A stretch of 64,000 nt of DNA from Mobula hypostoma (GCF_963921235.1 NC_086106.1:24056001-24120000); one strand, 5' to 3'; shown: positions 1-13,062, counted from the first letter of the stretch. Numbers and translations are program-made. Notes: generated by a model from the letters alone, not told the origin.

Positions 1-834
1 TTTGCCCAATTTTGCGCAGGAGACAATTTGACATTGCGCAATAAATATACTCACTCATTCTTCAGAATATGTTCAAGCAGAAATGAAGGGTTCGACACCT
101 GGTTAAAAGAAGACATATTAAATTGTCATTTACCTGTGTATTTTAGTAAAAATATCTATTGCTTTGTCTTAACAGCACTAACTCCTTCACTTGGTTCGAG
201 ATACGAGCTCTTCACGTGAACCCAGAACGTGATTTGATGTGAAAAGTTCACCGAATCAGGAACGAGGACTTTGCTTTGAAATTCTGAATCGCTGCTGATG
301 TTTCTGGTGGTCATCTTATGATGTACATTCTTACTCACTTATTTTCCGTGGTTCACTACATGGTGCTTTGAGATGTGCGTAACTGTTTTGCGGTAGGTCG
401 TGCCATACACATCTTTTCCCCTTAACGTATCAACTATTGCAATCTCCTCAAATCGTTTTATTCATCTGGTCTACAGAGGTTTACGTCTCAGAATCGACAG
501 AGTGCACTGTATCAAAAGTATACGTGCACATGAATTGATGATTATAATTTAAGAACTTGGCTAACTATTGTTAAATCACCTCAGATTAAAAGGCGGGTGG
601 AGAAAAAAGAATAAAATTCCATGGTTTTAGCTTTGTTCCTGCATTGAAACTAACCAGCTGTGCAGAAATACACCTGACACGCATTTAGAGTCCGCACTCG
701 TGCTTTATTGGTTGCTATTGCTCTAATTTACCTTTCTCGTTCTCTAAAATTCCGATGTTAGTGCTTGACCATGATTTAGTTCATGATAAAAATGATTGTC
801 GGAATCATAAGGGCCATTCATCATATCTCATGAG

Positions 835-1000
835 CTGTTGTCGTGGTCTCTCCTGCAACTACAGACAAACACTCTCTGCTTCCTTGCGTTCTGTTTCAAA
901 TCTCATCAACACGTTTATCTGCCACGTCATTCTAATTCCTGTTCTCACTGTCAGAGAGCTCAGGCCATAACTCTAAAATTATTGCTCTTGAGGTCCTGCT
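835..1000 (+). pseudogene. Possible highly decayed TCR V relic
   Basis: Scattered V-like motifs across frames: CCRG, LSCNY, RLSAT, LTVRE, and tattgctcttgaggtcc resembling the YCAL(R/S)P end of the intact V genes. About half the length of a V exon; no RSS or leader seen. Confidence 0.2.
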
Positions 1001-1029
1001 ATTCAGCTTCCATTCGAACTCTCTGTTTT

Positions 1030-2852
1030 TATCGCAAATAGAGGCGTTGGGGACAGAACCAAGTGCAAGACACAGACACTGAAGTACGAGAAACAGGACT
1101 TGACTAGAGCAGGGACGTCACAGGATACAGCCAAGGAGCACAGACAAGAACGCAGACTTTGGCTAGGACATGGACAAGACAGGGAACCCAGAAAGGAACT
1201 ATGCACTGGGAGCTTGAGCTTGGGCTCCGAACCAGATACTGGACAAGTCCCAGAACCTGGGTCTTGCCTCGGGCTCCTGCCCCAGAACCGGGCAAGAGCA
1301 CTACATGACTAAACGACTGGACGTGGCTGGAGTCCAGAAGCTTGGGGCTGCAGGCTGGTGTCTTGGTCTTGAGGTTTGAGGCTAGGGTCTTGGTCTTGAA
1401 GCTTGATGTCGGGATCTTGGTCCTGAATCTGTAGGCTGGGGTCTTGGTCTTGAGCTTTAGGCTTGGGTCTTCAGTCCTGGGGTTTGAGGCTGGGGTCTTG
1501 GTCTTGAGGTTGGAGGCTGAGGTCTTCCTCATGAGTATTGAGGCTGGTGTTTGGTCTTGAGGCTTGAGGCTGGGCTCTTGGTCTTGAGGCTTGACGCTGG
1601 GGTCTTGGTCTTGAGGCTTGAGGCTGGTGCCTTGGTGTTGATGCTTGAGGCTGGTGTCTTGTTCTTGAGTCTTGAGGCTGGCTCTTGGTCTTCAGGCTTG
1701 AGACTGGGGTCTTGGGCTTGAGGGTTGAGGCTTGCGTCTAGATCTTGAGGCTTGAGGCTGGTGTCCTGGTCTTCAGGCCTGAGGCTGGGGTCTTGGTCCT
1801 GAGGCTTGTAGACAGGATGGGGTCTTTGTCTTGAGGCGTGAGGCTGGGGTCTTGATCTTGAACCTTGGAGACATGCTGTGGTCCTGGTCTTGAGCTGGGA
1901 GACACGCTAGGGTCTTGGTCTTGAGCTGGGAGACAGGCTGGGGACCTGACTCTTGAGCTTGGAGACACGCTGGGGTTTGTGGTCTTGAGATTCGGAGGCT
2001 GATAACTCGGAGGCTGGAACTCGGAGATAGACTGGGAACTGTACATCAACATGGAACAGGGACGTATCCTTCGAAAAGCGCGATTCATCTTTAACACGAC
2101 ACCGATATGAGACTGGACAGCACATCCACATAGAGCCGCTACTTATACAAGCCGGGACTCAACTTCATCCCAACACCAGGGTGGAGCAGGTCCCTCTGTC
2201 GGGTAACGGCAGAACTGCCGGACATTCCCAACAGAGGCAAAGGCAAGACAAGACAAGACAGGATTCGCGCAGGAAAACGGCAGAACGGCCTGACTTACCC
2301 CACGGTGGCTGGACAAGACAGGATAAATTCCCCGCAGGGCAACGGCAGAACGATATGAATTATCCCATGCAGGCGAGGATAAGAGACAAACATCGAAGAA
2401 GGACAGACTGTTCTATCTCTGCTTCGGGGTTGCTCCGAGTCGCAGTTACGGCCAATGTTTCGGCTGGCTACGAAAACAGCCGTACCCTACCTGACTCGGA
2501 GTTGTTGACGGCCAAGCAGCTGGCCTGGGAAACGGCCGAATCTATACCGCAAAGACTGCTCCGACTGCCGACAGCAACGCTCCATGAAGCGATGGTTCTC
2601 CAATACGGTTTAAAGACGGCAAGTGACCGTTCTAAACTTCCACCGGCAGGTTGTTCCCAGGAAACCTTGACAAAACAAGCCAGCAGCTCACACTCAACCC
2701 CAAGGCTACTTATATTCCAAGTCTCAAGAGGGGAATCTGGTGCCTATGATTAACTCAACAAAAAAACAAGGCACAGCTGGAAGCCCCGGACTCCAAACTC
2801 TACAGACCGGACCGTGGATCGGAATGCGGACTTCACAGACTGGACCATGACA
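1030..2852 (-). mobile_element. Long Gypsy-type solo LTR (possibly two nested LTR units)
   Basis: Minus strand begins TGTCATGG at 2852. The other end is degenerate (TATCGC at 1030). Imperfect 5-bp flanks GTTTT/ATTTT. Two TATAAGTAGC TATA-like boxes on the minus strand; no gag/pol. Confidence 0.55.
1345..1990. repeat. Minisatellite of 21-27 bp units (consensus GAGGCTTGAGGCTGGGGTCTTGGTCTT) inside the solo LTR
   Basis: More than 20 adjacent degenerate copies visible; on the minus strand they read as (KTKTPASSL)n. Confidence 0.9.
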
Positions 2853-3099
2853 ATTTTCTTTTTTCAGGACCACCTCCTTGATTCTTCTATGCATTTGATA
2901 CCAATTTATACCCCCCCCCCCCCCCCGCTTCTGGCTGGCAAGCCTCCGTTTTCATTATATTGTGGACGTGGCTAGAAACACGGAAGCCCCTGGCACTCCT
3001 GACGCAAACTACCATCCACATTTTCTTTTTGCGTCCATAAATTCGTTCATCTGTCCGCCTGACTGTACTAACCGTTATTACTGCTGCTATCCTCTTCAG

Positions 3100-3480
3100 T
3101 TCCATATCCTTCTGTATCAGAGAGCCAAGGTCATTGCTAGAGGCACAACAGCTGTTGCCTTCCTCCAGTTAGTTCGTTCCCCAAAAATTGATTATTTATT
3201 GTCGATGAGGGCGGCCACATGTGTGCTAACGACTATCTGTTGTTTCCTGTTCCCTCTCCTGACAGTTACATAGTTATTTGTGTCCTGTAGAATTGGTGTG
3301 ATACTTCCATTTTGCTCCTGTATATAACTGTTTCACTTTCCCTAACAAACCGAAGATCATCGAACTACAACTCTACTTCCCTTATACGGTCTCTAACGAT
3401 CTGCTTTGCGATGCACCTGTGCAGATGTGGCCATCACAGCGCCGCTGGTGGTCTCCTGAAAATCCCGCATATGACACCCA
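3100..3480 (-). mobile_element. Old CR1 LINE ORF1-region remnant
   Basis: Resembles the reverse complement of CR1 ORF1 sequence (gcagatgtggccatc, ctatctg motifs); no intact ORF. Confidence 0.35.
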
Positions 3481-3579
3481 GAAGAGAAACCGGCTCTGTC
3501 GACATACCAGTATCTCAACAGCTAAATAAGAATTACCGAATTAAATGACATAGTCCCTCCCTAAATTCGAAGAGGCCTT

Positions 3580-4428
3580 TGTACATAGCTCATGGATATC
3601 TTCTGACTGTCTTCTGACCATGATGTAATTGAGTATCTGATGAGCATGATGTAATGGTCTTGGGCTGGTCACATGATGTAATTTTCCCGCCATGTGAGAT
3701 CACGTGATGGCATGTTATCACCAGGTATATAAAAGGAGACCCCCGGTGTGACGCATTTAGTATTTTTCCAGTTGAGTTATAAGTTTAGTTCGTTATGTAA
3801 TTCGTTAAATACTCCGTTATGCTACGTATTTGTCTTATGACGCAGTTTCGTTTTAAAGTAGATTTCTACTTTCTATTGTAAGTAGTATTGGAGAGTGAAG
3901 ACCTTACCAAAGTACAGGAACTTGCAGAATCGTGTAAAGCTGATATTGTTGCGCGGTATTGGAGAGGATCGACCCTTTATTGAATCATCCTTCAAGAAAT
4001 AGTGACCTGCATCTGAAATATCCTCTGCTAAAGCAGGAAGGATTGTGCAGTGTGTATTCTCCAGTGGAAAAGGTCAACTCCTTTGAACCTTTTTATTTCC
4101 GTCGTCGTCAATCCTGCGGACAAGGCAGGTTCCGGCTGATATCAGCAGTAAAGGCATTTCTCGAGGAATAATTTACTTCTGGACAGTCTCTCCTAATTGA
4201 CTGTATAAATATCTTGGACTTTCGAATTTACCAATTTAAGAACTGTTTTCCCATTTTCAATTTCAAGAACTGTTCCAGAGTTGCCGTAGAGCAGTTAACT
4301 TCCGGTTAAATTAGTCGTTTGAATATTATTCGCTACTGTTCATCAGAGTTTAATAAAGGTTTGGTTGTTCTTTTTTATATATAAAACTTGTCTTAATTGA
4401 TATACTCATTGTTTACCGTGACATGACA
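3580..4428 (+). repeat. 5' LTR of the Gmr1-type element
   Basis: TGTACATAG...CATGACA; TATAAAA at ~3729; repeated CATGATGTA motif; about 80-85% similar to 10110-10981. Confidence 0.92.
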
Positions 4429-4433
4429 TAACT

Positions 4434-4444
4434 TGGGGGCTCGT
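4434..4444 (+). promoter_or_regulatory. Primer-binding site (tRNA-Pro)
   Basis: TGGGGGCTCGT just after the 5' LTR, complementary to the tRNA-Pro 3' end. Confidence 0.85.
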
Positions 4445-4799
4445 AAGGATTATTCCGATTTTGAGCTTAAGTGCTTCTTTAATTATCAACCTGATTTGGA
4501 AAAGGGCAAATGCCCGGTTCTTTTGTTTGATTGGTCTGTTGGTGGTATTCGGCAGCAATGAACATTGACGATTATGGAATCGCCAGACCGGGAGTTTTTT
4601 TTCGAAGGCGAGAAAGGGTTATGTAACACATATTAATGTTTCCGGTGAACGCAGGTAGCATCTATGGGAAGAGGTAACGTCGACGTTACCCTCTTTTTAT
4701 AGATGCTGCCTGGCCTGCTGCGTTCACCCGCAACTTTTATGTGTGTGGTTTGAAATTCCAGCATCTGCAGATTTCCGCGTGTTTGCGTTTTTAAAAGGG

Positions 4800-6200
4800 T
4801 GATGTGTCCGAGATTGCTGAAGGGTTGGATCTTAAAGGAATTACGAAGGTTACAACAAAGCCCGTAAATCAGAGAAAAATCGCGGAGCATTATATAAATT
4901 TGGGATATTTTGATGGCGATATGTTAGGTATATTTCCAATGAGTAAACTGGAGAAGCGGTTAGAGCATTTTAAAGTGGAAGCAGCGGCTAAAACAACAAA
5001 TAAACAGAGGGAGTTTGAGCTAGCGATGGAGAAAATTAAGGATGGAAATCTGTGGTCTTGTTCTAGGAAACAGTTTGATCTGCTAGTCGAGAGGTTACAC
5101 TGGCTCGTCCATTTAATAAAACAGAAGTAGACATATATTTCCGACATTTTGCAACGTTGGCTTTGAGTTAAGTGTGGTAGAAAGAATAATGGCCAGTGAT
5201 GTTACAAAGTATAACTACAGGAAAGGCACATCAAGTTCATATAGCTTTAACTGCTAAGCAAGCACTTGTTTATGATATTCTGAAGCAGCATATATTGAAG
5301 GCGTTTGAACTGGCCCAGAAGCTTATAGAGAAAGATTAAAACATTTCGACAAATCTCTGAAAAAAAAAATTTCCGTGGAATTTGCCTATGAGAAATCTGT
5401 GTGTTTTGAGAGATCGTTTTCCTCTAAAAATGCAAATGGAGGGGAGGGGTGGATAATAACTTAAAAAGTTGCTTTTACTGGAGGAATTTAAAATGAACAT
5501 TGTTGTTGAACTGTGAACGTACTTAAATGGAATGGACACTGGCAGATAGCAGGAGTCTGCTTAATTAGTTGATCAGTGTGCTTTAATTCATAAGAGTAAA
5601 TTTTCTTCAGGTAGAACTTTTTAAAGGAACAATAGCACAGAGACTCAAGGTAAAGCAGAAATTAAATCTGAAGTTAATGAGAAAGGTAAGAATGCAGAGA
5701 GGCATGTGAAGGAAAGACATTTTAGCCCTATTTGTAATTATTGTAAGAAACCTGGACACATAATGGCTAACTGTTTTCGATTGAAAAAGAAAGAGAAGGA
5801 AGCAGTCCCAGATGCTTGTGTGCAGCATATTGAAACACTTGTAAATCCACAGAGTTCGATAAATACAAATGAAGTTTGTCAGAGTCTGACCAAGTTAAGA
5901 GGGAATATGAACATTTTATAACTGACGGATTTGTATCCTTGAAAGAGGGATCCACTCCTGTGCCAATGACAATCTTTAGCGGTACTGGAGCTTCTCAATC
6001 ACTAATGGTAGACAGTGTTCAAAAGTTTAGTGATGAGTCTGATATTGGTGAGGTAAAAAAAATATATAAGAGGAATTGGGAGTGCACTTCTGCCGGTACA
6101 TTTTCATAAAGTAAATTTAAGGTCCGGGTTAGTTACAGGGCCTGTTAAAGTTGGATTACATACTAGTTTACCCGTGAGTCATGTTTCTCTGTTGTTAGGG
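4800..6200 (+). pseudogene. Gmr1-type gag and protease, frameshifted
   Basis: CNYCKKPGHIMANC zinc knuckle in ORF 5706-5921; FSGTGASQSL in ORF 5876-6109 is a decayed D(T/S)GA protease motif. Confidence 0.8.
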
Positions 6201-6501
6201 AATGACTTGGCTAATGGGCAAGTTTTCTTTTTCCTGAAGTGCATTTGACAATAAAACCTACTTCTGAGGAACCAAAGATAGATACTAACACAGATTTTCC
6301 CTGAGTTCTAACCCGAGATATGGCTAAACATAGTGATGCGCGGGATGAGGTTGATACCCATGACTGTTCAACTATTGATTCAAATTTTGAGGATGTGTCA
6401 GAAACTTTCGTACCTACATTATTTGATCAAGATTATTGCAGTAAGTCTGACATGAAGATTTGATTTCTCTCGGAAGGAAATGACAGAAGAACAGAGTAGA
6501 G

Positions 6502-7684
6502 CAGCGGTCCCCAACCACCGGGCCGCCAAGCATGCGCTAACGGGCTGCCGGGAAGCTATATGATTTGGCGATATGAGTCAGCTGCACCGTCCCTCATTCC
6601 CTGTCATGGCCAATGTTGAGCTATTACGCATGCCAGGTCAATACCAGTGCGTCATCCATTTCAGCGCGGGAAGGAGATCAACTGCTCGAGCTTGCAAATG
6701 ACGGCGGGCTGGAAAGTATGTTTTACATAACATCTCTGACGGCATTCTGGATCAAAGTCAAGGCAAAAAATCCTGCGATAGACACGGAAGCACTGAAAGC
6801 GTTGCATTCATTTCCAACATATCTCTGCAATGAATGCAATGAAAATTAAATTGCGGAATAGACTGGACACAAGGAACCCCCTTCGAATATCGCTGTCTCC
6901 CATCACTCCTCGATAGTACGGTCTTGTTGCAGGGAAACAAGCCCAGGGCTCCCACTGATTCAGCGATATTGGTGTGTCGCAATGATTTTATATGTTCATA
7001 CGGGGAAAATATGCGCTGCGTGTTTAATATCCAAACGTTACTTAACATGTTATGATCTTATAACCATATAACAATTACAGCACGGAAACAGGCCATCTCG
7101 GCCCTTGTAGTCCGTGCCGAATGCTACTCTCACCTAGTCCCACCGACCTGCACTCAGCCCATAACTCTCCATTCCTTTCCTGTCCAGATACCGATCCAAT
7201 TTTTCTTTGAATGATAATATCGAACCTGCCTCTACCACTTCTACTGGAAGTTCGTTCAACACTTACTTCAAGCTCCCCTGATAATTGACATCACTATATC
7301 CACGCGAGGAAAATATGCGCTGTGTGCTTAATATTAAATTTGTTGGATAAACCCTTTTAGAAAGGAAATTGAGTTTATTAGCCACTTATAACCGATATAC
7401 CCGTCGTGATTAACACGACCCCCCACCACCCCCCTCCGAACAGAATCGCCAAAAACGATTTGTAGAAAAAAACACACGCATGCCAAATCACGCATGCACA
7501 CTGGAGCCCGCGCAAGTCTTCTTGGTCATTGTAGTCTTTCCCGGGGTAAACTTAGCGTGTTTGACTGCTACTCTTTCCGTTGGCAACCCTACCACCTCCC
7601 CCCCCCCCGCACCGATCGGCCGGTAGGCAAGAATATTCTCAATATGAAACCGGTCCGCAGTGCGAGAAAGTGTGGGGACCCCTG
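6502..7684 (+). mobile_element. Non-autonomous hAT (Charlie/Buster-like) DNA transposon nested in the Gmr1 element
   Basis: TIRs CAGCGGTCCCC / GGGGACCCCTG; 8-bp TSD GAGTAGAG / GAGTAGGG; transposase C-terminal relic LLELANDGGL..FWIKVKA..FPTYLC..KLRNRLD..KQAQGSH*. Confidence 0.9.
7055..7260 (-). mobile_element. CR1 LINE 3' end inserted in the hAT element
   Basis: Minus strand reads NELPVEVVEAGSILSFKEKLDRYLDRKGMESYG followed by a CR1-type 3' UTR and tail. Confidence 0.8.
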
Positions 7685-7689
7685 GAGTA

Positions 7690-8900
7690 GGGATTCTGAG
7701 ATTATCCTATTAAAGGAACAAATTCTTTCAGATAGTGAAATTGAGAAGGTGCCAGCAGGATATTATTTTGAAAAGGGACTATTAATTAGGAAGTGGGGAT
7801 CACCTATAATTCCTGCAAGTGAAGAATGGGAAGTTTATCACCAGGTATAGTTCATAAAGATTATCGAAATGAGATTTTAACTATGGGTCAGAGTAAACCT
7901 TCGGCTGGCCATCAAGGTGTAAAGAAAGCTATGAACAAGCTTTTTAAATATTTTTTACTGGCCTAGTTTAAGAAATGGTGTCGCGACTAATTGCAGGACG
8001 TGACATACTTTTCAAATTGTCGGTAAACCTAATCAAGTTACTCCAGTGGCCCCACTGCAAACTATTCCAGCATTTGGGGAGCGGTTCTGAAAAATCATTG
8101 TAGACTGTGTAGGGCCATTGCCAAAAACTAAAACTGGACATCAATATTTGTTGACCATCATGTGCACAGCGTCTAGGTTTCCAGAAGCAATATCCCTTAG
8201 GAATATAACAGCCAAATCTGTGACAAAGAATCTGATAAAATCCTTTACTTATTTTCGGTTGCCTAAGGAAATACAATCTGATCAATGTAGTAATTTTATG
8301 TCTGGATTGTATCAGCAGATCACCTCATCTGCATGTCATTCAGAATCGCAAGGAGCCAAGGAGAGATTCCATTCCTCCCCCAAAACTATGATTAGGACGT
8401 AGTGTGTGGAAAATGAAAATGACTTGGATGAAGGCGTACGTTTACTACTTTTTTTTTGCAGTTCGGGAGGCAGTGCAGGAATCATTAGGTTTCAGTCCTT
8501 TTAAACTTATGTGTGCACATAGAATTCGAGGACCTTTGACCTTGTTCAAAGAGCAGTTGATTAATAAATAGGTACACACTAATTTGCTTGGTTATTTTTT
8601 TTAATTTAAAGAAAGATGACATAAATCTTGTAGCTTAGCCAAGGAAAATTTAAAATCGGCTGAGGAGAAAATGAGGACTTGGTATGATAAGGAATATGGA
8701 ATGAGGTCATTTAAACCTGGAGATAAGGTCTTGGTTCTTTTCCCGGTGCTAACGAAACAGTTGCAAGTTAAATTTCATGGTCCTTATGAGATTAAATCTA
8801 AAGTACATGATGTGGATTATGTGATTTAAAAAAAATCGAAGAAACCCAACACAGTTGTGTCCTGTAAATATGATATAACCATTATATGTGAAATAGGCCG
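7690..8900 (+). pseudogene. Gmr1-type integrase, broken
   Basis: H-G..C..C zinc-binding relic; PKTKTGHQYLLTIMCTASRFPEAISLRNITAKSV and PKEIQSDQCSNFMS (D,D core). Confidence 0.88.
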
Positions 8901-9129
8901 CTACTATGACTGTTGTGGTCAATAATAAAGAGTTTGTTCCCACTGGGAACTTAATGGATGATGCATTTGAAACTCCTTTTAAACCAAACATTATTTCTGC
9001 CAAATTACCAAACTCAACAATTCTGGAAACCATGTATCAGAAATTAGCTCATTTACAGCCAGAGCAGAGAGAGCAGATGAAACAGTTATATATATATATT
9101 TTTTAATATAGGGATTAATTTGCAGACGT

Positions 9130-9918
9130 TCCTGGAACCACCGTATCTTCGCATGATGTAGATGTTGGAGATACCAAACATATAAAGCAACATCCATATC
9201 GGGTGAGCAGGGAAAATGTTAACTTGCTGAACATGGAATTAAGTATATGTTAAAGAATAATATTATTACATCTTCTGATTCGAAGTTTAGTGTACCGTGT
9301 GTTATGGCGCCTAAGCCACACACGCCTAAGCATTAGGTTTTGTACAGATTACAGGAAGGTGAATGCTGTGAGAAAAAAAAAAAGAAAAAATAGAGATACA
9401 TATCCAATCCCTATGGTAGATGATAGTTGCGATAAAGTTGGACAAGCAGAGTTACTTACAAAGATTGATTTGTTTAAAGTTTATTGGTGTGATCCTTTGA
9501 CGGATAGAGGTATAGAGATTTTCGCATTTGTCACACCATCGGGGTTATATAAATATAATGTTCTTCCATTTGGGATGAAAAATGCAGCAGATTATTTTCA
9601 ACGGATGATTCATAGTGTGATCTATGGGATAAAAGATACGTATGCCTATATTGATGATTTAGTTACTGGAAATGATACTTGGAAAACACATATTACTGCA
9701 GTGGAGGAACTATTTGAAAAACTTTCAAAAGCTAACTTAAATATTAACTTAGCTAAAAAAGATTTTTTTCATGCCACTGTGACTGTTAAGGCAAATGTTT
9801 AAGGAAATAAATCAAACTCTAATTTAGCAAGAAAGTTTGATATTACAGGAGTATACTACTTTGATAACTCATATTAAAGATAAAGGTAATGTGATCGCTG
9901 ACAGTCTATCTAGATATT
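9130..9918 (+). pseudogene. Gmr1-type reverse transcriptase plus RNase H C-terminal stub
   Basis: RFCTDYRKVN, LPFGMKNA, YAYIDD. Most of RNase H is deleted, leaving HIKDKGNVIADSLSRY*. Confidence 0.9.
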
Positions 9919-10109
9919 AAATGTACAATGTATTTTTTATGGAGTACTTTAACATTTTTAACACTACTACTGTATATTAGTTTGTAAGGTGCTGTATAAT
10001 AATAGTTTGCATATTGTATAAGTTATAAATTTTATATATTTGTATTTTTTAATAGTTAATTGTTAAAATTTTGCTCCTGAAATACCAAAACTTTATTTTT
10101 GGAGGGAGG

Positions 10110-10981
10110 TGTTCATACCTCATGGATATCTTGTGACTGTCTTATGACCATGATGTAGTTCAGTATCTGATTAGCATGATATAATGGTTTTGTTAAGGTC
10201 ACATGATGTAGCTTTCCCGCTGATGTGAGGTCACGTGATTGCATATTCTCACCAGGTATATAAAGGGTCAAGCAGGTGTGACGCAGTTAGTTTTCTTTTT
10301 CCTGTTGAGTTTTGTAATGTTATGTAATTAGTCAGTTACTCTGTTATGCTGCGTATTTGTCATATGACGCAGTTTAGCTTTAAATATGAGTTGTACTTTC
10401 TATTGTAAGTAGTATTGGAGAGTAAAGGCCTTACCAAATTATAGGAACCCACAGAGTCGAGTAAAGCTGATATTGTCCGGCGGTATTGGAGAGAAACGAT
10501 CTTGATGCAATCTTCGTTCAAGAAATAGTGACCTACATCTGAGATATCCTCTGCTGAAGCAGGAAGTATTGTGCTGTGTCTATTCTGCAGAGGAAATGGT
10601 CAGTTCCTTTAAACCGTTTTATTTCTGTCGTCGTGAATCCTGCGGACAAGGCAGTTTCCGGCTGGGATCAGCAGTAACGTCACGACTGGAGGAATTTTTT
10701 ACTTCTGCAAAGTATCTCCTAATTGACTCTCTTAATTAAATCTCTTGGACGTCTGAATTTACCATTCTAAGAATTGTTTTTTGAATTTACCACTTTAAGA
10801 AGTGTTTTCGCATTTACCCTTTTAAGAACTTTTCTAGAGTTGCCGTATAGCAGTTAACTTCCGGTTAAGTTTCTCGTTTGAATATTTTTCGCAATTATTC
10901 ATCAGAGTTTAATAAATGTTGGGTTGTTTTTTTATAAAACCTGACTCAATTGATATATGCATTGTTGCCGGTCACGTGACA
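10110..10981 (+). repeat. 3' LTR of the Gmr1-type element
   Basis: Preceded by PPT GGAGGGAGG (10101-10109); TGTTCATACC...CACGTGACA. Confidence 0.92.
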
Positions 10982-13062
10982 CCTTGTTGAGCCAAAGTCT
11001 TACTACTCTGCGTCAGGCTATCCCGACCATGACCACTTCTAAAGGCCGTTATCTGTCCTTTATAGACACTTCGTTCTCCGTCGAAAATCTTTGGCGACAT
11101 GAGCGGGAAAATTCGTATTAGGTCAGTGGAGTACTCCAGTCATCGACTCCAAACTATTTGTCCGCTCTGTGCGGAACCACGTCTGTTGCATCTGCTCAAT
11201 ACTCCAATGGACTGCATGAATTGATCTTCGTCGCCGGCCGACGTTATATTTCCGATCTGCTGAAGGATGTTAGCTCCCACCAATGAGATGAAGGTTTTAC
11301 GGATGAGAATATTCTGATTCATGAGATCATTTTAAAGACGAAACACTCTCCATCGTATGAAACAATTTCTTCAGCTCCTGTGTCAATGCTGAGGGGCAAT
11401 GTTCGGATGTTGTTAGGTACGATTCCGATACGTTTATAGTTTATTGTTCAGCATTGTTCGGAACAAGCGGCAATCTAATGTTTCAGTTCTACTTTGCTTT
11501 TCCAAAATGGCATCGGTAGGGATAATGATATTTGATTTTCCATTCTGATCAGGCGTCGCTTTATCTCTAAACCGTGCATACCAAAGATCCCGTTACAGTT
11601 TGAATGAGCTTCGTTGCATTGCGTTGAAATCGTTTCTGTCGTTGTCGCTTCCTGACACTACATGGTATGAAAGGATGAAATCAGCATTTATTCCTCGATG
11701 GGCCTTTTGATCGTCGTTAGAATTATGAACTCATGAAACAGCCTGTAGAATTCTGATATGTCCGGCCTCCTTACTATATCAGCTCTCAGCGAAACGCCCT
11801 TCTCAAACCGAGTTTGATGAATGTGAGATTATTAAGGGTATTCATGTTGATTACGGTAATTTCTATCATTAACTTTTGTTCGAATGGGGTAGCGCAGACT
11901 CATTGGCAAATTCAGACGTCTAATCTACGACAATACAATGACAAATGCACATTGACACCACTAGAACTCAGAGAACAGAACAATTTACGTATTTCAAATA
12001 TCCGTGGTTCGATTGCAAATAATCGAAATAAAGTTTTCATAACTCAATCATATGCAACGTTACAGCCACGCTGAACTTAAGAGCTACCGATACCTCCAAC
12101 AGTGATCGAGTTGTGGCAGGAAAAGATACCGTTGGTGGGTTCTGACTTGTCTCTGCAAAGATGGAGTCACAAGGTGGTAGTCTCGATTCGAAGATATCGG
12201 TGAAATATGACGATTGGGTCTACTTGCTTGAAACAATTGGAAGTGAAATGTAAACACACGGAGGTATATCAGATAAAAAGGCGCCATGTAAATGTCGTAT
12301 GAAATACATTTGCAAAACTTGCACATCCTTGACGGATACAGCAGAGGGTGCAGTCTTAAGTTGTGTTGAAGTAAGTTTAAAGGCAAATGGCAACATAGCA
12401 GTTGTTTTTTTTTCATCTGCAAAGAATATGGTTAATATCTCTAAATGGCAGTCAGAGAGGGTGATATATAGTGGTGTAACTTCTGCAGTTAAGTTCATTA
12501 GTTTGGCAAAGGAAAGAACATAGCAAGATGGAGTTGGGAGAGAATGACATAAATAAGTTTGTCTGATCGTGAGGGGCTGAAGTTACCATTTCTTTGCCGT
12601 AGTTTGCTTGGAGTCTCTAAGTATTATGAAATGTTGCCAAGTTAATTTTTGTACATTGAAAACTTGAATCAAACTGAACCGACGTGGAATGAACTGGAAG
12701 TTTAGAACTTTCTCCGTGCAGCTTGTCTTTTCCACATAGTCTGCAATGGCTGGTTTCCCTCCTAAAGCTGGTACCAGACACATAGCTTTGGGCTTTACAA
12801 ACAGAAAGGAAATCCACTCCGTTATTTAGTTTGAGATTATACGAATTAATTTCTGATCATACCGTCTTTTCCGTTCAGTCTTATATACAGCCCAATCGTT
12901 AGCTCTGAGGAAGTAACTTATGTGTAGTCTCGGGAAATCTGCTAACTTTCATTTGATTGGTTGTGTTGACGAATAAAGAAACAGGAGAGGATTGGAAGAA
13001 ATCAGGAAAGGAGTTGATTGGTGGATTCGAGAATCAAGAAGAGTCATATTAAGTGTATGAGA

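Larger units (their letters stand above)
3580..10981 (+). mobile_element. Full-length, degraded Ty3/Gypsy LTR retrotransposon of the Gmr1 type (gag-PR-IN-RT)
   Basis: Paired TG..CA LTRs at 3580-4428 and 10110-10981; 4-bp TSD CCTT (3576-3579 / 10982-10985); tRNA-Pro PBS; PPT; CCHC knuckle; integrase lies upstream of RT. Confidence 0.93.

Noticed and set aside
1345-1990. CRISPR-like repeat array
   Set aside because: Units are adjacent and degenerate with no unique spacers; vertebrate context; no cas genes.
2181-2753. 190-aa ORF as a host gene
   Set aside because: Lies wholly within the LTR-like repeat, has no recognisable domain and starts at GTG.
11090-11420. V-like relic (STPNYL..QYSNGLHELIFV)
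   Set aside because: No conserved Cys/Trp, no YYC, no RSS; spacing wrong.
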